This document shows, in pieces, positions 17,632 through 27,537 of a DNA stretch of 64,000 nucleotides. A model generated the notes under the pieces. The model had not been told where the DNA came from and searched no databases. It saw nothing but the letters and a program-made list of their open reading frames with translations. The position numbers and the translations under genes were made by a program. Origin of the DNA: an uncultured Candidatus Saccharibacteria bacterium (GTDB taxonomy: Bacteria > Patescibacteriota > Minisyncoccia > Phycocordibacterales > UBA2100); assembly GCA_964398775.1 (NCBI GenBank), contig CAYNND010000001.1, forward strand, positions 39,528 through 103,527, given 5' to 3'. Numbering within the stretch: the first letter of the stretch is position 1; each line of letters starts with the position of its first letter.

Positions 17632-18957
17632 CTATTCATACCTGAGCGCCTCAATCGGGTTTAAACTCGCCGCTCGCCGCGCAGGGTACCACCCAAACAA
17701 GACTCCGATAGTCGCAGAGACACCGAAGGCAAGTGCGATTGATTTGAGCGAGATGGTTGTCTGAAGAATCCCCGAGTACGTCAAACCATAGGCGATACTA
17801 GCGCCAAGTGCCACTCCAAATCCACCACCTAAGAGCGTGAGAGCGACGGCCTCTGCGAGAAACTGTCTTGAAATATCGGCCTTTGTCGCACCAATTGCTT
17901 TACGCAATCCAATTTCTCGTGTTCGTTCAGTAACCGTTGTAAGCATCATATTCATAATCCCGATACCGCCTACTACCAGTGATATACCTGCTATAGCAGC
18001 AAGAAGGATGGTAAATGTCTGAGTAATACTCGACATCGTTGAAAGCAAATCATTTTGGTTCATCACCGAGAAATCAGCCTCTGCATCCTCTGTGATACGG
18101 TGTCGTTTTGTGAGAAGTGCTGTCACATCTTCTTGGACTTGCGTCATCGCCTCTGCGCTCTCAGCTTGGATACCGATAGATGACACATGGCGGCCTCCCG
18201 CAAGATAGCGCTGCGCACTTGTGATAGGAATATAGATAATGTCATCAGGATTTGAAAAGCCTGAACCACCCTTTGCTACAGTGACGCCTATCACTTTAAA
18301 CTCAAGCTTGTTGATTCGTATCGATTGTCCGATTGGATTTTCTCCTTCACCAAAAAGGTCATCGCGTGCAGTCGGTCCAAGGATAGCGACTTTCGCAGCA
18401 GAGCCGAGATGCACTTCTCCAACAAAGAGTCCTGAATCAATCTGTACATTGCGCACGGTAAGATACTCAGGAGTGACACCGACCACGCTTGTATTTGTAT
18501 TTGTACCCTTTGCGGTAATCTGGTAGCGGCCTGAAAGCTCTGAGGAAAGAGCTGTGATGCCAGTTACTCCTGTCTGAATCGCCTTAGCATCATCGTATGT
18601 GAGTGTCTTTGAAGTACCACGGCCACCTGTCACACCAAAGCCTCCAGGGCCACGCTGCGTTCCTGGATTTACCTGCACCAAGTTTGAACCAAGTGATTGA
18701 ATATTTGACTGGATGGAACTCTGTGCGCCCTGCCCTATTGAGACCATCGCAATCACTGATGCAATACCAATCACGATACCGAGCACAGTCAGTCCTGAAC
18801 GCACCTTGTTTGCAGAAAGCGCTGTATATGTCTCCTGGAGTGTGTCACTAATGTTCATAACGTGCTTTTTTACGGTTAGTAGTCTTCGTATCTGAAACAA
18901 TGAGCCCATCTCTAAGCGTGATAATGCGCTCAGCATGTTCTGCAACATCAGGTTCAT
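17632..18957 (-). CDS. ABC transporter permease, MacB/FtsX family (periplasmic MacB core + FtsX 4-TM)
   Basis: N-terminal TM, large extracytoplasmic domain, C-terminal three TM helices with the typical FtsX topology. Confidence 0.8.
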   Translation of the reverse strand: MNLMLQNMLSALSRLEMGSLFQIRRLLTVKKHVMNISDTLQETYTALSANKVRSGLTVLGIVIGIASVIAMVSIGQGAQSSIQSNIQSLGSNLVQVNPGTQRGPGGFGVTGGRGTSKTLTYDDAKAIQTGVTGITALSSELSGRYQITAKGTNTNTSVVGVTPEYLTVRNVQIDSGLFVGEVHLGSAAKVAILGPTARDDLFGEGENPIGQSIRINKLEFKVIGVTVAKGGSGFSNPDDIIYIPITSAQRYLAGGRHVSSIGIQAESAEAMTQVQEDVTALLTKRHRITEDAEADFSVMNQNDLLSTMSSITQTFTILLAAIAGISLVVGGIGIMNMMLTTVTERTREIGLRKAIGATKADISRQFLAEAVALTLLGGGFGVALGASIAYGLTYSGILQTTISLKSIALAFGVSATIGVLFGWYPARRAASLNPIEALRYE

Positions 18958-19558
18958 GCGTAATCAAGATGATTGTTCGCTTCTGCTCTTCATTGAGCCT
19001 CTGGAACGTCCCCAGCACAATCTCGCCCGTTCTTGTATCGAGGTTTCCTGTTGGTTCATCAGCAAGGATAAGTGACGGGTTGTTTACCAGTGCGCGTGCA
19101 ATTGCCACACGTTGAATCTGCCCGCCCGAGAGCTCATTTGATTTATGCATATGGTGTGACTCAGCAAGGCCTGCAGCGAGCAGTGCTGCGCGTGATTTTT
19201 TCTCTCGCTCTTCCGCGCTCACTCCTGCGTAAATTAGAGGGAGCATGACGTTACGCAACACAGTCGTGCGCGGGAGCAAGTTAAATGCTTGGAATACGAA
19301 ACCGATTTTATCTTTTCTGATGAGAGCAAGCTCGTCATCACTCATCGTTGAAACATCGTGCGTATCAAGTACGTATGTCCCGGATGTTGGAGTATCGAGG
19401 CAGCCGAGAATATGCATGAGCGTTGACTTGCCTGACCCTGATGGCCCCATGATAGCGACAAACTCACCTTCGTTAATGGTAAATGAAACACCCTTGAGCG
19501 CCTGGAAAGCAGTGTCGCCTTTTCCATATGTCTTGGTTATGTCTCGTACGGTAATCAT
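18848..19558 (-). CDS. ABC transporter ATP-binding protein (MacB/LolD-type); start likely at internal Met (MITVRDITKTYG)
   Basis: Walker A GPSGSGKST, signature LSGGQIQRVAIARAL, Walker B ILADEPTGNLD. Confidence 0.85.
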   Translation of the reverse strand: MITVRDITKTYGKGDTAFQALKGVSFTINEGEFVAIMGPSGSGKSTLMHILGCLDTPTSGTYVLDTHDVSTMSDDELALIRKDKIGFVFQAFNLLPRTTVLRNVMLPLIYAGVSAEEREKKSRAALLAAGLAESHHMHKSNELSGGQIQRVAIARALVNNPSLILADEPTGNLDTRTGEIVLGTFQRLNEEQKRTIILITHEPDVAEHAERIITLRDGLIVSDTKTTNRKKARYEH

Positions 19559-19559
19559 A

Positions 19560-21398
19560 CTAGCGAGCTTGTGTGCCTCCAGTTCGTCCAGTTTGACCAC
19601 CACGGTTGTTTCCTCCCGGTGGACCAAAGAGTGATGGTGCACTTGCTGCAGAAGCTGCTTTTTGTGTAATCGTCCGCTCGATTATCTGCTGTCCTTCAGT
19701 GAGGCCAGTGAGTATCTCTGTGTATGTGTCGTCTGAAATGCCGACGGTGACTGACACTGACTCAGGTGTTTGCTCAGTAGTAATACCTTCAACAGCCGGT
19801 GACGTTGTTTCAGTTTCTGGCGCTTTCTGCTCAACGATGGCTGGACTAAATACTTGCACAGACATACGGCCTGCCTGACTTTTCACTGCACCAGCTGGGA
19901 TAGACAGTACATCAGGGCGCACATCAGTGATGATGGCTGCGTTTACAGTCATACCAGGCTTCACGCGCTCATCTTGAGTATCGAAGTGTATCTGCACAAC
20001 ATACGAAACAACTCCCTGACTCACAGTACCGACAGGGTCGACGTGTGCAACTTTTCCGGTGAGCGTCAGTTCTTCAATCGCATCAAATGTCAGTGTCGTC
20101 TTATCACCCACTACTATCTTCGCGGCATCCACCTCGTTTAGAGAAAGTTCTGCGATTTGCTCTGGAGAGACAATCGTCGCTATCGTCGTACTACTGCTCA
20201 CTGTCTCGCGGCGCTTCACAGGGACAGATGAGACAGTACCTGCAAATGGTGCAACTACTGTATAGTCTGCAAGATTGTTGCGAGCATCGAGCAGTGCATT
20301 TTCTGCCTTTGTGACTGAAAGTTGTGCGCTTTGGATATCGAGCGCATCGGCACCTGACTTAATGTCGGCGATATTTTCTTTTCGCTCTGCAATAGTTTGC
20401 TTATATTGTTTGAGTGCGTTCCCATCAGCAACGAGGTTTGAGAAATGGGTATTGAGCTTCCCGGTGTATGTATTGAGTGAAGTAATTGCAGTAGTTGAAC
20501 CTGGAACAACTGACTGATTGCGCGCCTTCATTGTATCTTGATACAGCGTGATGAGCGCATTGGCACTTCGCGTTGATTTCTGTGTTGACTCGACTGCACT
20601 GTAGGCAAGTGCGAGCATTTCTTCTATTTCAGTGTTTGTTGGAGATGTTGAAAATGTTTGATATTTAGAAAACGCTGCATCGTAGGATTTTTTCGCGGTC
20701 ATGTAGTCTTGATACGCAACATCGCGGAAGCCACTGATGCGCGAGTCGTACTGCTCTACTGAACTCTTGTAGTAATCCATATTCCACTGTGATGAGAACA
20801 GGTCAGTTCCCAGCAAGATAGTTTCCATGCCGGTTATGGTCGAAGGCAGGTCGAGGAACACGTTTGTGACATGCGTGCGACTGTCAGTGTATGTCTTTGC
20901 GAGTGAGTCTTCTGCGTTCGTGAGTGAATTCTCTGCCTGTGTGAGTGTGAGAGCTGAAGCTGGCTTCTGTATCTTTGCAAGTGATATACGGGCACTCTCA
21001 AGGTTTGCAAGTGCATCGCGCACCGCCTTTTGTGCATCAGTTGAGTCAAGTACTGCAATCACCTGCCCTGCTCGAACAGTGTCCCCTGCTTCAACACGCA
21101 GCGAGAGTATCTCACCACCAGCCTTTGCTTTCACGTCAAGCAAGTTCGAAGAAGATATCTGCCCTGACGCAGAAACAGAAGCGACTATTGTTCTTTTTTC
21201 TACAACACCAAGTACATACCGCGTCTCGGTGCTATCAGCTCCAAAAAAATAACTGTATCCATACCACCCAAGCACCAGTGCGATGACGCTGAGTATGAGT
21301 TGTTTTTTTGTTCGGTTTTTGAAAAAAGTGAGGACTGGAGCGGCTACAGGACGAGTAAAAGCTGGTACCGAAGGCATATTCATAGGTAGACGTATCAT
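19560..21398 (-). CDS. Periplasmic adaptor subunit (HlyD/MacA family) with long coiled coil; start likely near MIRLPMNMPS
   Basis: N-terminal TM, biotinyl-lipoyl-like beta-hairpins (VRAGQVIAVLD ... VSSVPV), long alpha-helical hairpin. Confidence 0.75.
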   Translation of the reverse strand: MIRLPMNMPSVPAFTRPVAAPVLTFFKNRTKKQLILSVIALVLGWYGYSYFFGADSTETRYVLGVVEKRTIVASVSASGQISSSNLLDVKAKAGGEILSLRVEAGDTVRAGQVIAVLDSTDAQKAVRDALANLESARISLAKIQKPASALTLTQAENSLTNAEDSLAKTYTDSRTHVTNVFLDLPSTITGMETILLGTDLFSSQWNMDYYKSSVEQYDSRISGFRDVAYQDYMTAKKSYDAAFSKYQTFSTSPTNTEIEEMLALAYSAVESTQKSTRSANALITLYQDTMKARNQSVVPGSTTAITSLNTYTGKLNTHFSNLVADGNALKQYKQTIAERKENIADIKSGADALDIQSAQLSVTKAENALLDARNNLADYTVVAPFAGTVSSVPVKRRETVSSSTTIATIVSPEQIAELSLNEVDAAKIVVGDKTTLTFDAIEELTLTGKVAHVDPVGTVSQGVVSYVVQIHFDTQDERVKPGMTVNAAIITDVRPDVLSIPAGAVKSQAGRMSVQVFSPAIVEQKAPETETTSPAVEGITTEQTPESVSVTVGISDDTYTEILTGLTEGQQIIERTITQKAASAASAPSLFGPPGGNNRGGQTGRTGGTQAR

Positions 21399-21423
21399 AC
21401 CACCCTTTCTTACCGCAAAAAAA

Positions 21424-22362
21424 CTAGAAACTTTCGCGACATGATGCACTATCACGCTCTGGTGTGTACATGATACCGAAATGACTCGTTGTTTCCTTGA
21501 CTGTAGAGTCATTCAGGAGTGTTGCAGAGTTTGTATGTGCGAAAAAGTACGGGTGCGGTGTTTCGTGCCCCGCTGCAAGTGTTGTCGCAAGCCACAGACA
21601 GGTCGGGCAGTCACTCTGCTGTGGATTCCTGAGCCGTTTAATATACTCAAGCCGTCGTGCACAGAGCGCGGTCTGTGTATCGAGGTCCATCATCTGCGCA
21701 TCTAGAAGCGGCAGGTAGTGCGAAAAGTCAGTACTCAGTACGAGCACAGTCCGTGTATCAAGCAGAAGAGACTCAAGAATACTCGCAAGTGCAATACGCT
21801 GTGCACTCAGTTTCGATTCATCGATAGAAACAACGACAGGAATGACACTTGCTTCAGGAACATAGTGGCGAATAAATGGGACAACGCTGTAAATGCCGTG
21901 CTCCTTTGAGAAGAGGTCGGACTGCGCAAACACACCTGACGTCAGTAGGCGTTGTACTGAAGGAGCGTTGATAGGAATATCACCAAAAAATGTTCCGAAC
22001 GAGCCATACGATGTACATGCAAATTCAGGACATCGCTTGTAGTGATCAGGTGAGAGCACTATGAAGCGTCGTGCCTGCGGTTGCGTTTTCGCGATACGCG
22101 CTATACCTTCCGCGATGACCTCATGTGCAACAAGGTGATGCGGGACCACTACGATGCGTCCCTTATGTGTATCAAGTGGACGACTAGAGCGTTCAAGAGA
22201 TGTGATGCCACTCACCACTGCTCCATCGAGCGCAGCATCATGAATAGTGTAGTAGGGGCTTGATGTGTAGCGCAGTACAAATAGACTGACAACTCCAAGC
22301 ACACACAAACCACCAATTATCGTGATATGAGTGGTTGATACCAGACGGGAAGTTTTGGCCAT
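21424..22362 (-). CDS. MEMO1/AmmeMemoRadiSam-B-like family protein with N-terminal membrane anchor
   Basis: VVVPHHLVAHE and LSTDFSHYL blocks resemble MEMO1-family motifs; N-terminal TM helix. Confidence 0.45.
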   Translation of the reverse strand: MAKTSRLVSTTHITIIGGLCVLGVVSLFVLRYTSSPYYTIHDAALDGAVVSGITSLERSSRPLDTHKGRIVVVPHHLVAHEVIAEGIARIAKTQPQARRFIVLSPDHYKRCPEFACTSYGSFGTFFGDIPINAPSVQRLLTSGVFAQSDLFSKEHGIYSVVPFIRHYVPEASVIPVVVSIDESKLSAQRIALASILESLLLDTRTVLVLSTDFSHYLPLLDAQMMDLDTQTALCARRLEYIKRLRNPQQSDCPTCLWLATTLAAGHETPHPYFFAHTNSATLLNDSTVKETTSHFGIMYTPERDSASCRESF

Positions 22363-24872
22363 GATGTATATGGTGTGTATGTAATCTGATAATCTCCGCT
22401 CTCAGTATAGAAGCGCTGCTGCCACGCTTCGTCTGTCAGTCGTATATCACTCAGAAACTCATAATGACTGTATGTCAGTCCTGTCGTGAGACGAGGACCA
22501 TTTGCATCTTTCACTGCGACAAAGATGAGAAACGGTACGCCAGTTCCCTCCTCGACGATTCCTTCATCGCTTGTATGAATATCTGCGACGACTGCGGCTC
22601 GCTTGTCCTTGATAGGAAGTATCGGACCTTCAAGTGATAGTGGCAGCGCATTCATCATCATCGTGATAAGTCCACGCCTCATGTCTTCTGCGCGACTCAG
22701 TGCTGCAACAGCTTGTTTGTCTGCATTGATGACTGACTCGACGCCAGGACGTGTGACTGAAGATGATGGGTCAATAAAGTTCTGCACGCATTGTGGGTCA
22801 TTCTCAAGCGGTACCCCGCGACTCAGTGTCGCCTCAGTAAATCCAGTATTTGCAAGCTCAAGCGTTGCATATTCATGCGCAGCGCGCAGAAGTGTGATAT
22901 ATGTCTGCAACTTTTCCGCGTTTTGCAACTGTATCGAACGGTCACGATAGATGGTAGAGAGTTGTTCTGCAGTATCAATGAGTTGCGCATATACCGCAGG
23001 CTGCGGCTCGACATATCCATAGACTGGTTCTGGTATCGCTCGTGTATCGCATGTGCCATCATCTCCACCACCACCCTTTTCTGCAAACGATTGCTTCGCG
23101 TAGAGAATGTTAGTATGACGCAACTCAGTCCAAAAACCAGACGCTGTCATGAGTGACTTACTACCCCACAGTGGTGACTGCATAAACGCGGGGAGTTCCT
23201 GCACGTGCTTTTGCTGCCACGAGAATAGAGTCGCTATCGAAGAGAGGATGCCAGTTACTTGATTTTTCTTCCAGTAGTCTGCTCCCCAATCATGAGCTTC
23301 ATTGGTCAGCTCACTCAAGCGTGTATCTATCGCTTGCTTGTGCGTTGGATAAAACGGTAACGTTCCCAACTGTGAACGCGCGTAGTCGGAGCCGAGAATA
23401 GTCATGATTTGTACTGATGATGCTGTGCGTGGCAGCTTCATGCCGTCTACCTCAGGTGCTTCATCACCCTGAGTGAGTCGTCCCGTCCAGTATGAATCAG
23501 GAATAAACTTCTGACTAAAGAAACGCATGCCACGCGTCTTATCGAGCACATCTTTCATGGTCACTATGCCGACACTTGTATAGAATGCAGGAAGTCCCTT
23601 GATGCGTGCGGCCGGCTTTGCTGTTGCAAGAAATGCAGCACGCGCTGCCTCGTCATACACATCATCTTCAAGCTCTTTCACGGCTCGTGCATAGTCACCT
23701 GCATCGAGGTCATCACTTTCTCCGACAAGTTGTTTCAACAAATCACCCATTGCGCTGTATTGCGTGAGTAACTCGGGGTGATTGTTCATCAGTGTCCCAA
23801 TAGCTATGGAATACTTACTCAAATCTTCAGAACGAGTAAAGAACGGTATTTGTTGGTACCACTGTACCGCACGGAAGTATTGGCGGCGGAGTGAACTACT
23901 TGTGTAAGTACCACGCACAGTAAACAGTGAAAATGGCACTGCAAAATCTATATCTCCTGCAAGCTTCTGATACTCATCCGAAAAGATAGCAGGCACATCT
24001 TTCGCAGGCGCATCATATATCATGTCGATATCATGCAGCACCGCACGCTCACTTGCTGCATCAAGTTTGAGTGATCGCACATATGCTTTTACCGCGCTGC
24101 GAGCATCTGCACTCTCGTCTTTCTTTTTAAATGCAGCAAAGAAATCTTCGTAGCTCATTTCATGAGTACCCTTCCAATACTCTTCAGGCGTCGGAGGAAC
24201 AGTCGCAACCGAAAGGAGCGCATGAGGCACCGCAAAGTACGCACGCACTTTCGCCCACTGAGCACGCTCTGTGTCTGTCTTTGCTGCACGATATGCTGCA
24301 TCTGCATCTGCGTACAAAGTACGTGTCATACTGCGCACCTGAGGAAACAAATATGTATTTTCAGTCTCTTTGAGTAACTCAACTGAAAGGACAGAAAAGA
24401 GATGCATGAGCACATCACTTGATATGAAAGGTGCCTGAGCAAGTGTTCGCTCTTTTACGTCTACTGGCCCACCAATGCTGTCGTAGAGCGCAAAAAATTC
24501 TCGCAAGTTCTCACCGACTGAAACAGGCACGAGCTTACTCTGTGTGAGCGGCTTCAAAATAAACTTATGTGTCTCCAGATGTTTCTTATCTGCTGCAGAG
24601 AATGTCACTCCAAATTCCTGTTCGATTGCATCTATATTACTAAGTTCTTGTATTGAAAAAGGTGCACGCACGCTGCTATCTATGGCACCCTCCTCTCTCG
24701 CATCGCTCGGTATACCAAGTGTCGCTGCTGGGGTTACCTGGACCCCTGTTGTGGGAGGTGCTGAAGTAGTTTGTGAAGATACGATGAGGTAGAGCGCTCC
24801 ACAGAGTAAACAAAATGGGATAATGATGCCGAGCAACCATGTCTTTGATCGCACGGGGGTTGTTGGTTCCAT
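22317..24872 (-). CDS. Large (851 aa) hypothetical exported protein, N-terminal TM anchor (possibly DUF3160-like)
   Basis: long uninterrupted ORF, N-terminal hydrophobic helix, no catalytic motif recognised. Confidence 0.5.
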   Translation of the reverse strand: MEPTTPVRSKTWLLGIIIPFCLLCGALYLIVSSQTTSAPPTTGVQVTPAATLGIPSDAREEGAIDSSVRAPFSIQELSNIDAIEQEFGVTFSAADKKHLETHKFILKPLTQSKLVPVSVGENLREFFALYDSIGGPVDVKERTLAQAPFISSDVLMHLFSVLSVELLKETENTYLFPQVRSMTRTLYADADAAYRAAKTDTERAQWAKVRAYFAVPHALLSVATVPPTPEEYWKGTHEMSYEDFFAAFKKKDESADARSAVKAYVRSLKLDAASERAVLHDIDMIYDAPAKDVPAIFSDEYQKLAGDIDFAVPFSLFTVRGTYTSSSLRRQYFRAVQWYQQIPFFTRSEDLSKYSIAIGTLMNNHPELLTQYSAMGDLLKQLVGESDDLDAGDYARAVKELEDDVYDEAARAAFLATAKPAARIKGLPAFYTSVGIVTMKDVLDKTRGMRFFSQKFIPDSYWTGRLTQGDEAPEVDGMKLPRTASSVQIMTILGSDYARSQLGTLPFYPTHKQAIDTRLSELTNEAHDWGADYWKKNQVTGILSSIATLFSWQQKHVQELPAFMQSPLWGSKSLMTASGFWTELRHTNILYAKQSFAEKGGGGDDGTCDTRAIPEPVYGYVEPQPAVYAQLIDTAEQLSTIYRDRSIQLQNAEKLQTYITLLRAAHEYATLELANTGFTEATLSRGVPLENDPQCVQNFIDPSSSVTRPGVESVINADKQAVAALSRAEDMRRGLITMMMNALPLSLEGPILPIKDKRAAVVADIHTSDEGIVEEGTGVPFLIFVAVKDANGPRLTTGLTYSHYEFLSDIRLTDEAWQQRFYTESGDYQITYTPYTSWPKLPVWYQPLISR

Positions 24873-24918
24873 CTACCCAGTATAGCAGCACATCGCCGCA
24901 ATATAAGTAGTGGTTGTG

Positions 24919-26391
24919 CTATGCACCGAGGTCGAGTATGTCATCGATGCGCACCTGCGAAACGAACTCAGGAACGTGCGACACGAGAATCATCGCACCC
25001 TCATAGTCATGCAATGCTTTCGCAATAACAGGAAGGTGACGGAAGTTGATATGGTTTGTCGGCTCATCGAGAATTAATAGGCCTGGTCGTTGCAATACAA
25101 GGCATGCAAATGCGACGAGTCCTTTCTGCCCTTCTGATAGATATTCAATCTGCGTATGCATCGTATCTCCAGTGATGAGGAAACTTGCTGCGACAGTGCG
25201 CAGCCGAGCTTCATCTGCACGTGCACTTCCATGCTCTGCAGCATGTTCGAGCGCTTGCATCACTGTATGCTTAAAGTTGAGCGTCGAGAAATCTTGTCTG
25301 TAATAGCCGATATGAATCTTTGGGTTTAGGACGGCACCCTCTGCAGTGTTGTGTGCAAGTTTTTCGAGAAATGTGGACTTACCAATGCCGTTTGGACCTT
25401 TCAGTAAGAGATGTCTATTTTTGCGCAACTCAAACCGCACTTTTTTCTGTACAGACTTTCCCTGTTTCAAAAGCCCAATTGACGAAAGTGTGAGCACCAC
25501 GCCCGACATGTCAGGCTGGACCGGGATTGTAAACGCGCGAATAGTCTTATCTTCTTTGCGCACATCGACGACATCTTCTTCGAGTTCGTCTGCCATTTGT
25601 CGCATCTTTTTTGCGACCATACGCATACCGCCTCCTTTATGTGCAAAGACGTTTGCCTGAAGTCGCTTCTCCTCAATCTTCTTCTCGAGCTGCGCATTTT
25701 TCATATTCTCACGCTCAATACGGGCGGTAATGTCTGAGAGTACATCGTTATAGTCACCGACGTACTGCTCGACTTTTCGAGTGTATACATCAAGGTAGAG
25801 CACTCCGTGAGTAAACGCGTTTAAGAATGCCGCATCGTGGGAAATGACGATGACCGTCTTGTGGTAGCGTTTCAAAAAGTCAGTCAAATGTTCGATACCT
25901 GCATGGTCTAGGTTGTTCGTCGGCTCATCAAGCAAGAGAATATCAGGTGCCTGAATGAGAGCTGAGGCGAGCAAGAGCCGCGCCTGCTGGCCACCAGAGA
26001 AACTTTTTACGATACGGTCATGGACTTTCTCGTGTCCTTTGAGGTTTACCACTTCAAGTGCCTCATCGATGAGAACATCAATATTATATTGTTTCTTTTC
26101 AAAACATTTCTGGAAAAAATCACGCACTGACAGGTCGAGCTCAGCACGTGGAATCACTTGTCGCGCCGTTGCGATGCGCATGCCGTGACCGATATGTATT
26201 TCACCCTCGTCAGGCGTATGCACTCCGGTGAGTAGTCCGAAGATGGTACTTTTCCCTGCACCATTTTGACCCATGAGCGTCAGCTTTGCGCCGCGACGTA
26301 TGACAAAACTCACATCAGTGAGGATGGGCTTTTTTTCACCGTGGCCGAATGAAACATTTTCAAATCGAATGATGGCGTCGTCTTTACTCAT
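24919..26391 (-). CDS. ABC-F family ATPase (two tandem ABC domains, no TMD); start at ATG 26389-26391
   Basis: two Walker A motifs (GQNGAGKST, GPNGIGKST), two signature motifs (LSGGQQARL, LSEGQKGLV), charged linker between domains. Confidence 0.8.
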   Translation of the reverse strand: MSKDDAIIRFENVSFGHGEKKPILTDVSFVIRRGAKLTLMGQNGAGKSTIFGLLTGVHTPDEGEIHIGHGMRIATARQVIPRAELDLSVRDFFQKCFEKKQYNIDVLIDEALEVVNLKGHEKVHDRIVKSFSGGQQARLLLASALIQAPDILLLDEPTNNLDHAGIEHLTDFLKRYHKTVIVISHDAAFLNAFTHGVLYLDVYTRKVEQYVGDYNDVLSDITARIERENMKNAQLEKKIEEKRLQANVFAHKGGGMRMVAKKMRQMADELEEDVVDVRKEDKTIRAFTIPVQPDMSGVVLTLSSIGLLKQGKSVQKKVRFELRKNRHLLLKGPNGIGKSTFLEKLAHNTAEGAVLNPKIHIGYYRQDFSTLNFKHTVMQALEHAAEHGSARADEARLRTVAASFLITGDTMHTQIEYLSEGQKGLVAFACLVLQRPGLLILDEPTNHINFRHLPVIAKALHDYEGAMILVSHVPEFVSQVRIDDILDLGA

Positions 26392-26409
26392 GAGTAGTTC
26401 AAACAAAAT

Positions 26410-26435
26410 GCACCCACCGCGAACGCGGTGGGTGC
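26410..26435 (-). terminator. Rho-independent terminator (perfect 12-bp stem)
   Basis: gcacccaccgcg-aa-cgcggtgggtgc, minus-strand U-tract attttgttt; follows gene 26446-27069. Confidence 0.7.
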
Positions 26436-26445
26436 ATGTCGTATA

Positions 26446-27069
26446 TTATTTCTTCTTCTTTGCTACTACTTTCTTTGCCTTTCGCTCTGCTATAGCTGCC
26501 TCAACTTTTTTTGTTTTAGCATTCTTTGGCAGTGCATCTACTGATGCGGTTGCTGTGGGCGCTGAAGTCTCCTGCTTTACATCCATAATCATGATGAGTG
26601 CATCAAGTTTTGAATGGAGTTCACGAACCTGTGCTGAGAGATCGTCGATACGAGTATCTCGCTTCTCTTCGCGCTGTGGTCGCTCGTCACGTCGGTCACC
26701 GCCGCGCTCCTCACGAGAATCAAATCGTCGTGGTGCTTCGTCAGCTCCTCGCTTACTTGCAAAACAGTCATTACAAAATACTGGCTTTTCGCCGTTTGGT
26801 CGAAACGGTACCTGGCACGGCTTGCCGCAATCTGCACATGTAGTGTCAAACATTTCTCGGTCACCGCCATCGCGGCCACCAAAACCTCCACGGCCACCAC
26901 CAAATGATGGCTTGCCTCCGAAGCGCTTACCGCCTCCAAATGATGGTCTACCACCGCCGAATGACGGTCTGCCTCCACCAAATCCACCACGACGTCCTTC
27001 GCCTGGCTTGTCGAAGTGTCCACCACCTCGCTTGTCTCGGAATCCTCCGAACTTCTTAAAATCGTTCAT
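26446..27069 (-). CDS. Gly/Arg-repeat protein with CxxC-x17-CxxC zinc ribbon
   Basis: repeated GRPSFGGG units, CADCGKPC...CNDCF zinc ribbon, acidic/basic C-terminal tail. Confidence 0.6.
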   Translation of the reverse strand: MNDFKKFGGFRDKRGGGHFDKPGEGRRGGFGGGRPSFGGGRPSFGGGKRFGGKPSFGGGRGGFGGRDGGDREMFDTTCADCGKPCQVPFRPNGEKPVFCNDCFASKRGADEAPRRFDSREERGGDRRDERPQREEKRDTRIDDLSAQVRELHSKLDALIMIMDVKQETSAPTATASVDALPKNAKTKKVEAAIAERKAKKVVAKKKK

Positions 27070-27241
27070 TATATTTTTCTGAATAAGTAATACCGTATCT
27101 TCGTGATACAGACTCGTACGATATTCCCGTGTGAGTGGAGCGCCCCGCGCTCGACTTCCTTAGATAGATACGGTACCAAGTGGCTGTATCATAGCCTATA
27201 TTTGACAAAATAGCAAATTGTTGTGTTTTTGTGCCGTCAAC

Positions 27242-27481
27242 TTACGGAGTTTCGTCGAGTGCTTCTTGGATGGCGTCCTGCTGGCGCTGCATCGTCCCCT
27301 GCACTTCCTTTGCTTGATTTATCGCATCTTCATTTCGGTCAACAAAATAGTATTTGACTGCTCCATATGTTTTCTCAAGGTAACTCTCACCTTTCTCGTC
27401 TTTCATAACATACATACCTCCTGCGACAACACCGAGCATCAATAATTTTATAAGTATAGAACCTTGTTGGTTATGTTTCAT
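27242..27481 (-). CDS. Small hypothetical membrane-anchored protein (start at internal Met MKHNQQ)
   Basis: TM helix LIKLLMLGVVAGGMYV; weak support. Confidence 0.25.
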   Translation of the reverse strand: MKHNQQGSILIKLLMLGVVAGGMYVMKDEKGESYLEKTYGAVKYYFVDRNEDAINQAKEVQGTMQRQQDAIQEALDETP

Positions 27482-27537
27482 ACTCGAAAAGTATATCACG
27501 CACCCAAGTAGACACATACACACTTTAACGCTACCCT

